DNA from: Chiloscyllium plagiosum
Lineage: Eukaryota
Direction: 5' to 3'
NCBI RefSeq assembly: GCF_004010195.1
Contig: NC_057736.1
Span: 26,885,579-26,949,578, forward strand
DNA length: 64,000 bases
Each line of letters opens with the position of its first letter. The stretch's first letter is position 1. This document shows positions 35,836-49,215 of this stretch, piece by piece. The notes beneath the pieces are model-generated. The model saw only the letters and a list, made by a program, of their open reading frames with translations. It did not search any database and was not told where the DNA came from. The translations under genes were made by a program, and so were the position numbers.

Positions 35836-37879
35836 TTTATTTAAAAAGTTGGAGCTGGGTGAAGATACATTCACGCTACACTGCACCCATAGTAGAGATT
35901 TTTTTTTAAAAAGTCTAATGTTAGAAATGTTTCTATATTATAAATTACTCCACTTCATAATCCCAAATATATTTAAACTTACTCCTATTCACATATGTCC
36001 GCAAGGTTAACAGTGGACAGTTATTAGCCTAACGTCCTGACCGGCTGAAGGTGAAACAAGGGTATGTCATTTCATTGAGCTCTCATTTCTGGGAGGCTAT
36101 CCGTCCGTCATGTGGCTATCGCAGCTGCTCGGATAGTTACTAAGGTATTCTAGGACAGAAATAGCAACACCCTGTCGTAGCCTGGGTTGTTTATCGAACG
36201 CCGGGGCCATTTTTAAAATCGTTCATTTTGCAGTCGACAACAGAATAAAGATCGCAAACGAATGGACGAAGCGGAATCGACAAACAAATTATAGTAACAG
36301 AGAGCACCGTTGTAGTTGGAAATCAATTACACGCGGTCAAAAATTGTGACCGCGTGTAATTTACCCCGATTCAGAAGCACACTCTCGCCTGTTAAAGCTG
36401 GAAACAATATTCTGAACCATCAAAACCACTGAACAGGCATTGAGTAGTCTCGGGTGCAATTTCAAGTTCTAACAGCGAGGAATCAGAGTCGATTCCAAAA
36501 TCAAACTTTTGGGAAAACAAACCCCCACACCGACTATTGCTTAACAACATTTCAAAACAATTGGTACCACTTCAGGAATTCGTTCGACGGATTGTTCTGC
36601 TTTGATTTAAAATAAATATTCCCACCGCCCGCCAATGTTAAATTTGAACATTCAGCTGAAAACGCCTGGTTACATTTTTACTCAGCATTAATCAACATTT
36701 GGAAATTAGGACCACAATCCTCCTCCGTCTACAAACAAGAGCGAACTTCACTTGGTAATACATCGCGAAGTGAATCGCAGCATTGCTCGGTGTGGAGGTT
36801 CCACCTCCCCTCCATCTCCCCTTTCTAGTCTCTGAATGTTGTACCTTATTTGATGGAACTCGCTGAGAGTTGGTTTCAGGAGAGAACTGTGGCTTCGTGC
36901 GGAGGACTTGGATCAGCAGCCAGCTTCTGAGAGCTGGAGAACGAGACTGTCTGAAACAACACACAGGAACTGACGTCTCCAACCCGACCCAGTAGCTGGG
37001 GGTGGGTTGTGGTAGCCTGGAGAACCATCCAAACAGGCACAGAAACAGACCATTCACCCCGAAGGATCCAATGATCCACATGTCTTGTCTCCACCCAATT
37101 CAGAAGCGTCCGAACACCGTTCACTCTCATGTCACACAAGGAATGTATTCAGGAGAGGAAGGGAATTTTTATCAGTCGAAGAACACTTTTTATTTTGTAC
37201 TCGCATTGTTTCAGGCTATGGGTTGAATTGAACCATTCTTCCAACTTAAAATCTCATTTCAGAAAAAGATAGAGAAACTCAGCAGGACTGCCAGCATCTG
37301 TAGTGAGAGAAACACAGTTAACATTTTAAACCCAATATGACTCCAGAGGAAAAGTTTCTGTAGCACTGTTTTTATTTCAGAATTCCAGCATCAGCAGTGC
37401 TTTATGTTTAACTGTCTAATTTTATTGTTCAGGAGATTTTTGTTGCTTGTCACTTGAAACTTTTCTTGTCTCTACCAGCAGTTAGCTTGTTTAGAACAGT
37501 TATATGCTAATAACTATCGGTCATTCAACCTTTCAAAAAAAGTAGATTGTATCATTTAAGGTAATTCAACTGGTTGACTGATCTACTAATATCCCCTGTA
37601 AGAAACAAACTATACATTTACTGCAAAGTAAATCTATAGCTCACAATACAAGACCTAATTTCTGCTGAGTAAAATGGTGTGTGGTAGCATGGTGATTATG
37701 TTCCTGATGTGGTAATTCAGAGGGTAGGACCATTAATTTGAAGACATAACAATTGCACAAGTTCTATCAATTGGTTCACTAATATCCTTTTGGGAAAGAA
37801 ATCTTCTGCCCTTACCTGATTGGGCCTATGCAGCATTTCACACCTTGGGGCTTGTTTGTAAGTTCTGGCAATGAGACAC

Positions 37880-38140
37880 TCTGCCAAATGCCCTTGGCAG
37901 GCTGAAAACAAAAATTGTTGGAAATCACAGCGGGTCAGGCAGCATTCGTGAAGAAAGAGCAAGCTAATGTTTCAAGTCTAGATGACAGTCCATCAGAGAC
38001 TCTTCATCATGATGAACAGTCACCTAGAATTAAAATGTTAGCTTGTTCTCTCTCTATGGCTGCCTGACTGATCCACCGTGATTTCCACCTTTTTAACTCC
38101 ATTTGCAGCAAAGACTCCAGCATCTGCAGTAATTTGCTCC
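37880..38140. mobile_element. Short fold-back Penelope-related element
   Basis: Inverted arms GGAAATCAC..GGTCAGGCAGC / GCTGCC...GTGATTTCC. Confidence 0.65.
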
Positions 38141-38149
38141 ACCTTTGGT

Positions 38150-40560
38150 AGTCTCCTCAGGTTATCATCCAATAGGATCTACCATCTAATTTTCTCATAA
38201 GGTCTTGAGGATAGTTGAGAATAGTACATGCTGACCACTGCCTGATGGGTCCTGGGGTCAAAGGTGCTTTTCTGCATAAACATCTCCATGAGAACCAGGT
38301 GGTATGGAACAGTCCAAGTACTTGGAGAGTTGCACAGCAATGTGGCAAGACCTATTCTTTGTAACGCTGAATTAGAAACTCAGCATTGTGTTTGTGTACT
38401 GAGAGTCTACACACAGCTACACACAAAGATGGTCATCAGGATAAAGGTTCATTTTTTTTTCCCTTTTAACTAGAGGATTGTAAATCATATTCCAGTGAAC
38501 ATGACTCAAAGCAGAAAGGTGCTTCGGTGATTGCCCTGATGCAGGAGTGAGGAATGGGTCACATTCGCGCATGTAGAGCAGCATTGAGAGCTCCTTGCAT
38601 CAATGATCAGGTTCTTACCTGTAATGAACAGGAAACAACATTTCCACATGCTCAATTCTTATTTTATCATCACTCCTTGCTCCTTCCTGTGTTTTTAAAG
38701 CACATAATCTGGCCCCTATAAACTAAATCATCCTCAGGTAATCTGATTGGACAGTGAAAGGGAAAAAAAGGATCTATTAGCCCAATTCCCAAAGAAAATA
38801 GCTTCTCTCTTGCCTCAGTTTACTTTGTCTCCTGAGGCCAGTGCGAACTGGTTGCAGATACCAATAGTCTGCACACTGACAGTGGGTCCAAGCAGCAGGA
38901 TGTGACCTCAATGCGTAAAAGCAGGCTTTGACCTGACAACCTCTGCTACCTGGGATGGTCACATCTCTTTTGTTTATATCCTTTCCTGATGGACTAAGCA
39001 AAACATTCTATACAACACATGAATAAGATGAGAAGTGAGAAAAAAACAGCCCTGCCAGACTTCAGGTTTATACAGACCACTTTCTGAGTTGTAACAATTG
39101 ATTGCAACTGCTCTCCTGGTGTTTGTGTAGACTAGCTGTATCCAACTATAGATTCCTTCATGAAAGTCCATTCAGGGCAGACCAGCTATCATGGAGCTGT
39201 ATGATATTCTCCTGGTCCAGGCTGATGAAACAGGTATTCATACCCTCATCTGTACCAAAACTATCATAAGACCCTCTGAGATCTCCCAGGAACAGCACAG
39301 GTCTCGTCACAGTGAATTATAAACTCCAGAGCAGTTCTGACCTGAACTTGGACAGGATTCATAACCCACATTCAGTAGTGAGATTGGTCACCAATTGCAA
39401 ATTTCCTCTGTCTCCTTCTGCTCGTAGATGAGGATAATGATGTATTTCCTCATGGGTTAGGAACTGCTGTTGGCCAAAAACATTCTCTTGTGCTCCTCCA
39501 ACAGGTCCTCACTGATCAAACCCCACAGCAATAAATCCAACCTGACCAGTAAACAGTTGTTTCTGGGAATAAGACTTTTCTCAAAGCACTCAGGAACCTC
39601 ATTCAGTACATCCTCCCACATACTAGCATCCTTAGTGATGGAGAACAGGAGTAACCAGGGGGCCATGCTATGGTCTTCATGTTGTGTGGTATGGCATAAC
39701 AGGATTTTCTGATTTTCCAAAGTCAGACTATGATGACTTCACCAAATCATCATCTTCCTACAGAGTGTTGATCACAGACCTCCCTGTATGTATCTTCTGG
39801 AAGAAGAAATATGAGTATAATACATCCTGCTCCACAGAATGGAAACTGGACTGGAGGATTGCTTTGAAGACCTCTAAGGCAATGAGTGAACCTTGTTGGC
39901 GCTTTACTTCTTAGAGATTATTCTTGACATCAACCCGTATTGACTGTAAATGGAGCAGATTCTGCAGCTTTTGGGAACTAGGTGCATTTCCCTCTGTTTC
40001 CCTCTTGCCTTATGAACACCTTTGCGGATTAAGAATATCTTGATGTCTGTGTTGATTGTTTCCCAGCAGAATGCCAGAGTTCTCCAATCTTTGAAATCCC
40101 ACTTAAGTTGTCTGACGTTTTCTAGAGTCAACAGACTCATGTTCAATTTCCATAACCCCTTGCCAACCCTCTGGTTTGCTTGTGGATGACAGTCATCATG
40201 TAGAAAGCAGTAATCAGAGAAGAACACCCCCAGCTTAATACCTGTGGATTTGATGGCACAGACGTGGGACACAAACAGGAAGTCTGTTCTCGAATGGACT
40301 TGTTGAAGATGTTGTATAATTTGGCATCTTTTCCAGTTGCCATCAGGAGATGGCATGCAGTTTGCTATCAGTGCTGCTGGATCACACCGCAACAGTGATG
40401 ATGTTGTTGGAGTCACCAAGCAGAATGTTCAGTGTGGACATTGCCAGGTGGGAGCTACTGAAGAACATCTAGTTGTTCACTGTTTTGAGATGAGACATAC
40501 ACATAAAGTAACATGGAGTAGAAAATGTTTGCACATTTCATCTGCTACAAGGAGGTGCCA
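38150..40560 (-). mobile_element. Degenerate Tx1/L1 LINE ORF2
   Basis: Remnants SRTDFLFVS, FFSDYC, GKGLWKLNMSLL, WETI; many stops. Confidence 0.65.
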
Positions 40561-40567
40561 AAAAGGG

Positions 40568-40920
40568 GAGGTCATGGCCTGGTGGTAATATCACTGGGCT
40601 GTTAATCCAGGTAATGTTCTGAGGACCTAGGTTCAAATCCCACCACAGCATATGGTGGAAATTGAATCCAATTTTTTAAAAATCTGGAATTACCAGCCTA
40701 AAGGTGACTATGAATCTATTGTCAATTGTTGAATAAAACCCATCTCGTTCATTAACATCCTTCAGGGAAGGAAACTGTCATACTTACCTGGTCTGCCCTA
40801 CATGTGACTCCAGACCCATAGCAATGTGATTGTCTTTTAACTGCCCTTTAGGCAATTATGGATGGTAAATGAATGCTGGCTTAGCCAGTGACGTCCTCAT
40901 CCCGTGAATGAATAAAAAAA
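40568..40920 (+). mobile_element. tRNA-derived SINE with LINE-derived tail
   Basis: TGGCCTGGTGG A box, GGTTCAAATCC B box, tail ATGCTGGC...CATCCCGTGAATGAATAAAAAA; sister copy at 44617-44925. Confidence 0.75.
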
Positions 40921-41344
40921 CTCACCATCTCCTTAACTTTTCAAAGTGGTGAATTTGCCTCCCCATGGTAGAATACTAGGCTGAAGGAACATGAGTCATT
41001 TCCTCTCAACTAGATCAATGGCCCATTGGACCACTATCATGACCACTGCCTGTAGGAGCTGAGATGCATATTACACATTCCTAGCAGAAACAGAAGGGTA
41101 GCTTTAACATTGGCCAAGTAATCCAATATTGAAGCACACTTAATGCTATGCACATTATTGGAAGTGTATCAATACCCATTTTAGGAAGTTCTCTTATTTA
41201 TCATAGCCATTTTTCTTTTACAGTTCCACTCCTTGGGTCTGCTCCTGCAAACCTAATCTAGCCTTATTAAGGAATGTGCCTTTGCAAAGAAGATCTGCAG
41301 AAAAATGCAATGGTTCATTCCCAGCAGCTCCATAATGCCAGACT

Positions 41345-41657
41345 GATTAGATTCCTTACAGTATGGAAACAGGCCCTTTGGCCCAACAAGTCCACACTGA
41401 CCCTCCGAAGAGTAACCCACCTAGACCCATTTCCCTCTGCCTAATGCACCTAACACTATGGGCAATTTAGCATGGCCAATTCACCTGACCTTCACATCTT
41501 TGGACTGGGGGAGGAAACCGGAGCACCCGGAGGAAACCCACACAGACATGGGGAGAATGTGCAAACTCCACACAGACAGTCGTCCGAGGCTGGAATCGAA
41601 CCTGGGACCCTGGTGCTGTGAGGCAGCAGCACTAACCACTGAGCCACTGTGTCCTCC
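41345..41657 (-). mobile_element. HE1-type V-SINE
   Basis: Reverse complement of the 22307-22617 element. Confidence 0.88.
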
Positions 41658-42489
41658 CAGGGACACACACCAAGAAAAACAACTGAGCCTGGTGGACCAT
41701 CAAGTCCTTTACATCTATCTGAAACTTACTGGTCTTCCATTGCATAGAATTGTCCTTGACCAAGGATATATGCAGACTGGCACATTCCAAGGTACAGGAT
41801 TATATGAGGTTTGCAGTAAAGCATGGGCGGCCATTGCAGAGATAGAATGGGGATAGGTAATTGTCAATTGCATTTCAGCCATTGTACAACGGGGCCTGAA
41901 AACTGTAGATGGCTTGAGCTGTGTGTTTTATGAAGAATGCACTTTGTAAAACAAAAGGATTGAAAATACATTGAAGTGCTGTGTGATTATACAGGAAGAG
42001 TTTACATCTTCTGCATTTCATGTAACTTCCAAGTTGAGTTGTTTTCATCACTGGGCTGTATACCTGACATTGATTGCATTTTATAAATATTAAATCAATT
42101 ATATTCATATTGAGTGGAACAAGCTGCATGGGGATAAGTTGAGTATTATTACAAATTTTCCAAGGTTCAAGTTGAAATGTTTTGGTATCATTTTTACAAA
42201 TGTTAGGAATAAAGTATATTTTTGGAGAAAAATGTGATTCCAGTCTGTAATAATGACATTGGCTCTGAACTTGCCTAGAAAATCACTCAGTTGTCAAGAG
42301 GTGACCCTTCATAATCTTCTCAATGATGATTTGGAATGGGAAATAAATGCTGACTTTACCAGTGGCTCCTACATCCTGTGAATAAATTCTTTAAAAATGG
42401 TCACAGATCAATCAATGTTAACTGTTGTTAGATGACATGCCAATAATGTTACTGGCAAGGCCAAGACTTCTTTTTCTTTAAAGTTTATG

Positions 42490-42518
42490 CACACACACAC
42501 ACACACAGACACACACAC
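42490..42518. repeat. (CA)n microsatellite
   Basis: CACACA... with one interruption. Confidence 0.9.
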
Positions 42519-44616
42519 CTTCCCCCACCCCCAAGGGAGATGTATTAAGGTTAACAAAAATATAATCGTTAACCCAGGTCAATCAATAAAGTTCTCATTA
42601 CAACTCATTTTATGATCCCAGATGAGATCAGCAGACTCAAGTCACAATCCTGAATGTGACCATCACATTTATGTTATGATCCTGTTGGGATCAGTAATTT
42701 TTTTTTTCAGATAAGTTTTGGAATCCCAAGTACTTGTGAATAAACTAAAGCCCCAGGATTCCACAGTTTTCAATAAACAGACCAAACATTATGAGACAAG
42801 TTTGCCAAAAGAAAAACAATCTACTATGTAGACAACTTAGACTCTAACATTCAGGCCTAACATGAGGAAAATACAAGTTGACAGTTAAACTGTGGTTGAA
42901 CACACCACAGATTGCATTTTTTATGTCAATGCATACAAGATAGATTTTACCCAGATGTCAGTGTCACTGTCAGTCACCAAACTTCTTTACAACATTGTCT
43001 CCTTTGCAAGAGGTTCCACTTTTTTCAAAGATCCTGCCTTGAAAGTCATTCCATCACATACTTCCTCAACAACTGCTCACATTCCAGTAGTTAAATCTCT
43101 TCACCCAAGACTGAATTTTTTAGAATCAGTGAAGTTGTACTCCACCACCTACTCACAGCTCTTTGGCAAAAAGTTTCAGTAAACTGGCACTGTCCCGGGG
43201 TTTGTCCAACTTCCAACATTTCCCAGCTGTTCAACTGCTTATTGGCTTCCTTTATCCTCCACTCCCAACTGCACTGATCTTCCAGGGACTTCTTAATTGG
43301 CTGGAGTCTGAAAGCAGCAGAACTGCTTTGATTCAAAACTCTCCCAGGTACAATTACACAAGCAAATTGAAATCAGAGCCTTCTTAAGGTTCACACATCT
43401 ATGAAGACATAACCTGCTCTGGACTGTCCTTTATGGTTTAGCATCCCCAATTTGCAGTTTCAACTATGAGCTAAAGAAATAAATGCATCTTACAGCAGTT
43501 CAAAGTTAACTGAATGATTGTATTATAATATTAATATAGGTCAAATTCACAAACATTTTTCTGGAGTGTCATTATTACAAGCAGTGCGTAGACAGCATGG
43601 CTCCAGTTTTTCAGCTCAGTAAGCCCACCTCCCTTTTTTTGATCCTACCTTCCTAGCAATAACCTCTTAAAGGAACAGAGCCATAACCTATCAACTGTAA
43701 TATTTGTATTTATCAAATATTCTATAATTAATCTTTGATCTCAAAACTAAAAATGATATACCAAAATTCACAAACACTGGCATACGAGGAAAAAGAATAT
43801 GTTTCAGGGTTGTAGGGAGACAGAACTATGAAAATCGTGAAAGTCTGAGTCTGATTTTGAGGATTGTTGAGAGAGATGTTATTCCTCCTCTGTAACAATC
43901 AGATAAGTTTATAATATTCATTGTTCTTTGGTGGTGTTTAAACATTGAGACCTGGCTATTGGCACACCATGCAGGTATCCACATTAACAAAGGTGTTCTG
44001 ATCTCCCATTAGAAAAACCTGTAGGTTCTTCACAGCCAGAAGTGAGCTGAGTGGCTCTAACTTCCAGGTCACAAATTCTCAGCGTCTAGTCGGTAAATTA
44101 GGAAACTGCATATTAATGAGGCAAGATCTGTGGTTAATAAGTTCATGACAGGCAATAATCCTCTTTAATGTGCAAATTGCTACTGCCTGGTGAAAACTTG
44201 CCTCAATGCTAGCTGTTGCGTAAAAGATGCAGTGAGTTGCTTCCAAACATAAGATAGGTTTTTCCCAACTTTTCATTTGTTCTGCCAAAAAGTCTGCTAT
44301 ATCCCACATTGTTCAGGTCCCAGCTCAGTGTCCTGGCTCAGTTAAAGATGTTTTCTCTCAAATAGAAGTCCATCACTTAATGGAATTAAAAACTAATTGC
44401 CCTTATTTTTACCTTCATGGTAACATTAAGACAGGATGGTTAAATGTTTGGCCATGGAATTTTGTTTAATAAGTCCTAAAAAAGTGGAGAGAGAAAACTT
44501 TGAGAGATGGGGGATGGTTGAACGGAGTTTGAGGTGGGCCAATAAACAATGGTTTTAGTTTTCATGTTGTTTAATTGAAGGAGATTTCAGCTCTTGTAGA
44601 ACTGGATATATGATAG

Positions 44617-44925
44617 AGGAGGTGATGGCCCAGTGGCATTGTCACTGCTCTGTTAATCCAGCAACCCAGGTAAAGTTCTGGGGATCCAGGTTCGAATCTC
44701 GCCAGATGGTGGAATTTGAACTCAGTAGACATCTGGAACCAGGAGTTTAATGATGACCACAATACCACTGTTGGAAAAACCTATGTGGTACCTTTAGGGA
44801 AGGAAACTGCTGGCCTACCTGTGTGTGCAGACACAAGGTTGACTCTTAAATGCAATGGCAATTAGTGATAGACAATAAACGCTGACCTCGCTAGTGATGC
44901 TCTTATCCTGTGAATGAACTTTTAA
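44617..44925 (+). mobile_element. tRNA-derived SINE (family of 40568-40920)
   Basis: TGGCCCAGTGG, GGTTCGAATC and the shared tail. Confidence 0.75.
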
Positions 44926-45779
44926 AAATGATAACCAGACTGAAAACACAGAGGCAGTGGAAGGGCCAAGAGAAATGGTGGTGAAAAAGTACTGGGTATT
45001 GTCAATGTACACATGAATCAGACACCTTGTCTGTGCATGATATTGATAAGGGGCAGTTTGTAGATGAAAATCTATGGAAGTTGAGGATAAATTCTTGGGG
45101 AAGGTGACTGATGCAGAAGCAGGAAGAGAGGCCATTACAGAAATGCACTGGTCATTTTCTAATCAACCTGCGCAGAGATGTTATTACACTGCTCTGGAGC
45201 AGGTGGGACTTAATCATAGACCTCCTGATTCAGAGGTAGGCATACAACCACAAGAGTCTTTGTGCGCTAGTTATAACTGAATAAGAAAGAATGGAAGCAC
45301 TTGGACCATGGAGCAGTGTTAGCAGATCATGGTTACAGTCACAGAGAATGCGATTTATTACTTTGATTAAGGGGATTGCAGTGCTGAAGCGGTGACAATC
45401 TAATTGGAAATATTCATTCAGAAAGGCAGATTTATAGGATGACAACATGCCATCTTGGGAGAGAATGGGAGAACTTGGAAGAAGAAAGGAAGATTAGAGT
45501 TGGGCGATTTGTAAAGAGGGGAACAGTGGATGTTTTGATGAGGGGTATAATGAGAATACAAATGCGATTTAAAAAGATGGGGGAAATAGTATCTGAGGAA
45601 AGGGAAACTCTACAATATCAAATGTCTTTTAATTATTCCCCTGGTCTTTTGATTTATGTTTTTGTACTTTTTGTTGAAGAAACTTAACTGTCTTTGCAGG
45701 CTTTGTTTCTTGGCTAGATATGTCTCTTATTGGCAGTAGAAAAACAGGAAAACAACACATACGGACCAAATATTGAACT

Positions 45780-46668
45780 GCAGAAGTAATCACCCCAACA
45801 TCCACAAATGAACCTGCATCAGAACATTACTCCAATGAGCCACCACATACTGCAGCACAGAGGAACTACGCAGAGCAGAGAAAAATCACCTATACAGTGT
45901 ATTAAAAAAGAACGGGTACCCAATGAACACAGTCTACCGATTTTCCAGCAACAAACCCAAACAAGCATACAAAATGCATCCAGAAACCCTAGCTACTCTT
46001 TCTTTCATCAAAGACATCTCTGAAATGAATGCCAGACTACTCAGATCCCTTGGCATCATGGGAGCCCACAAACCCAACAACACACTAAAACAGCAGCTAA
46101 TGAACTTGAAAGACCCTATACAGACAACAAGCAAAACTAATGTTATTTACAAAATATCATGCAAGGACTGTAACAAACAGTACATTGGTCAAACAGGCAG
46201 AAAACTAGCCAGGATACATGAACATCAACTAGCCACAAAACGAAATGACCCTCTCTCACTAGTATCCTTATGTACAGATGAGGAAGGACACCACTTCGAC
46301 TGGGACAACACATTCATCCTAGGACAACCAGAGACACACACGAGAATTCCTAGAAGCATGGCATTCCAACCAGAACTCTATTAAGAAACACATCGAGTTA
46401 GACCCCATTTGCCACCCCACTGAGAAAAAGAACAGGAAATGACATCACCACATGAAATGATGTCATCATAGGAAATGACATCACCAACCCAAAGAAACCC
46501 AAACATATAATTAGAAAGTAGGAATTATCAACAGTGCCTCGCCTGGAGGCTCACTGAAGGTGTTACCTAGTAGGGTGTTGAAATGTCAGGAAATGAACCT
46601 TCCAGCTCAGCGACCAAACCTACATCCAGAACCTCAACCTGAGCTACAAATTTTCTCAAAGCTCACTA
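45780..46668 (+). mobile_element. Penelope-like element 3' part with GIY-YIG endonuclease and pseudo-LTR
   Basis: NVIYKISCKDCNKQYIGQTGRKLARIHEH (GIY-YIG); pLTR with hammerhead-like motif at 46552-46590. Confidence 0.88.
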
Positions 46669-47329
46669 TTGAACAGTATGGATAGTATCTGAGTTGCTAA
46701 TATCACCAGTTGTTGTCATTCACTGATATATATTGATAAAACAACCTATAATATTCACATCAGTGGAATACATTATTTTGGCTAATTCTTTGATAAATTG
46801 ATCACATACTGTAATGAGAAGCAAACTTAATTTTGTTTAGTATAAAACAATAACTTATGTTTATATAATGGTTTTAATATAATCAGACTGCCCAAGGTGC
46901 TTCATTGATCACTGTCCAATTTGTAGCATCACACCCATGTAACATTACATAAAAATGCACTTTTTATAACCTACACCGCAACGTTTAAAGGCAAGCATCC
47001 AGTATATCTTCTTAATTACCCTATTAATCTGTCCTGTCACCTTCAGCAATCTGTGGACAAGTACTCCAACAGGATTTTTAAATCCAGTAAGTATGTTAAA
47101 AAAAGACAGTGAAGCATGTAAAAAGAGATTAGGTCAGATGACCAAATGCTTGGTCAAAAAGACAGGTTTTAAGGAGTGCCTTAAATGTTGAAAATAAAGG
47201 TAAAGAGACAGATTGGTGTAAGGACGGAATTCTGAAGCTTGGTACCCAAGAAACTGAAGGCGTGACCATAAATAGTATAGCAATTAAAATTGGAGATGTG
47301 CAAAAGACCAGAATTACATGAGCATATCA

Positions 47330-49215
47330 TCTCATTCTAACATCAGTGTTAGGGAAACTACTGGAGAAAACAGTGAAGGAGAAAATTTATTTCCATTTAG
47401 AGAGGCAAGGTTTGGTCAAGAATAATCAACACGGCTTTGTCAGATGGAGATCATACCTTACAAATCTACAGAATTTCTTTCAAGGAGGTGACCAACTGTT
47501 TGGATGAGGATAGGGCAGTTTATGTAGGCTATGTGGATTTCACCAAGAGCTTTGACAAGTTCCCATATGGGAAACTGATCAAGAAGGTAAGAACTCCTGG
47601 GATCCAGGATAATTTGCAAGTTGGATCCAGAATTGGCTTCATGACAGAAGACAGAGGGTGCTGGTAGAAAGCATTTTATAATGTAGCTGAGAATGTGGGG
47701 GAATGGATAAGTAAGTTTGTGGATGACACAAAGATTGGCTGGGTTTTTCACAGTGACGAGGAAGGTGTTAGGTTACAGGAGGATATATACGGATTTGTCA
47801 GTTGAGCAGATCAATGACAGATGGAATTTAACTCTGATAAATGTGAGATGATATACTTCAGAAGAGGAAACAAGGTAAGTGTGTACTCAATGAATAACAA
47901 GACACTTATAAGCTAAAAGGAACAAAGGGATCTTAGTCTGCTTGTCCACAACCCTGAAGGTGCCAGGACAGGTTAATAGGGTGGTTAAGAAGTGAGATGC
48001 TTCCCTTTAATAGTCAGCATGGATTATAAGTGAGATGCTTCCCTTTAATAGTCAGCAGGGAGGTCATGTTGGAGCTGCACAGAACTTTGGTTAGACCATT
48101 AGCTGGAATTCTATGGTCATATGAAAGATGTGAGTGCATTGGAGGGGGGTGCAGAAGAGATTACCAGGATGTTACCTGGGATGGAACATTTCAGCTAAAA
48201 AGAGAGGTTGGATGAGCTTGAATTGTTTTCTTTAGAGCAGAGACCTGGAGTTGGGGGGTGGGGTGGCATGCTAGAGGTGTATAAGATTATAATGAGAATG
48301 TGTATAGGGTAAAAGCAGGTGGGGAAAGAGTTAAGTTCTGAGTTTTGTGAAACAAGAGTTTCAGCTGAGCATGACTCAGATCAGAACTTGCAATTAATAA
48401 TGGGATGCTGGAGGCGAGGGTAATGGGTTAACAAGGGTGGAAAAGCATTGATTATGTAGAGCCATTTAACAATATTAGAAGCATTTAGTATGTAAGATCA
48501 GCTTAACAAAGTGAAAAGTATTCATTATGTGAAGCCAGTTAAGGTTAAGAACATTCATTGTGTAACACCAGATGGCTTAATCTTTGCTATTGACACTCGC
48601 TGATTGTAACGGTCAACCAATCATATGCATGTTGCCTTATCTGGATGCTCCTCCCTGTAAAATAACTCTATAATTCATTAAGAAATTGCTCTTGCAGAGA
48701 AGACCAAGAATTCATGTCTCTATGCACATGGGCGATTGTTCTCTCTCCCTCCAGGGCCTGGAATAAAGATGAAGGAGATAAAACTATACAGTGTCTCTGA
48801 GTGTTTTCCTTCAACTGAGCAGGGGTGGGGGAGCAGGATGGCAATATTCGACTGTGGGGGGAGGGGGGGGACGACAATGAGGGGCATGGACAGGGTGAAT
48901 AGAAAGCAGCTGTTCCCCTTAGGCGAAGAGTCAATAACACAGGCTCATAATTTTAAAGTTAAAGGTAATAGGTTTAAAGGAGATTTGAAGAAAATGGTTT
49001 TCACCCAGAGGGTGGTGGGGGTCTGGAATGCACTACCTCGATTGATAGTTGAGGCAAAAAACCATTTTACCTTTAAAAAGTAATTGGATGAGCATTTTAA
49101 GTGTCCTAACATTCAAGTCTATGAGCCTAGAGTGGAAAAGTGGGACTAATGAAGGTAGTATCTTTTTGTCAGGGCAGACTTGATGGGCCAAAGACCTCTT
49201 CTGTTCGGTGTGCTT
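47330..49215 (+). mobile_element. Degenerate CR1 LINE nested in L2-like remnants, itself interrupted by a probable solo LTR (about 48290-48876)
   Basis: YVDFTKSFDK, SKFVDDTK and LVRPL remnants; the CR1 tail TATAAGATT|ATGAGGGGCATGG is split by a roughly 590-bp AATAAA-containing insert. Confidence 0.7.

Noticed and set aside
36692-37226. Overlapping 74-129 aa ORFs in the CpG-rich island
   Set aside because: No domain similarity, mostly non-ATG starts, and expected by chance in GC-rich DNA
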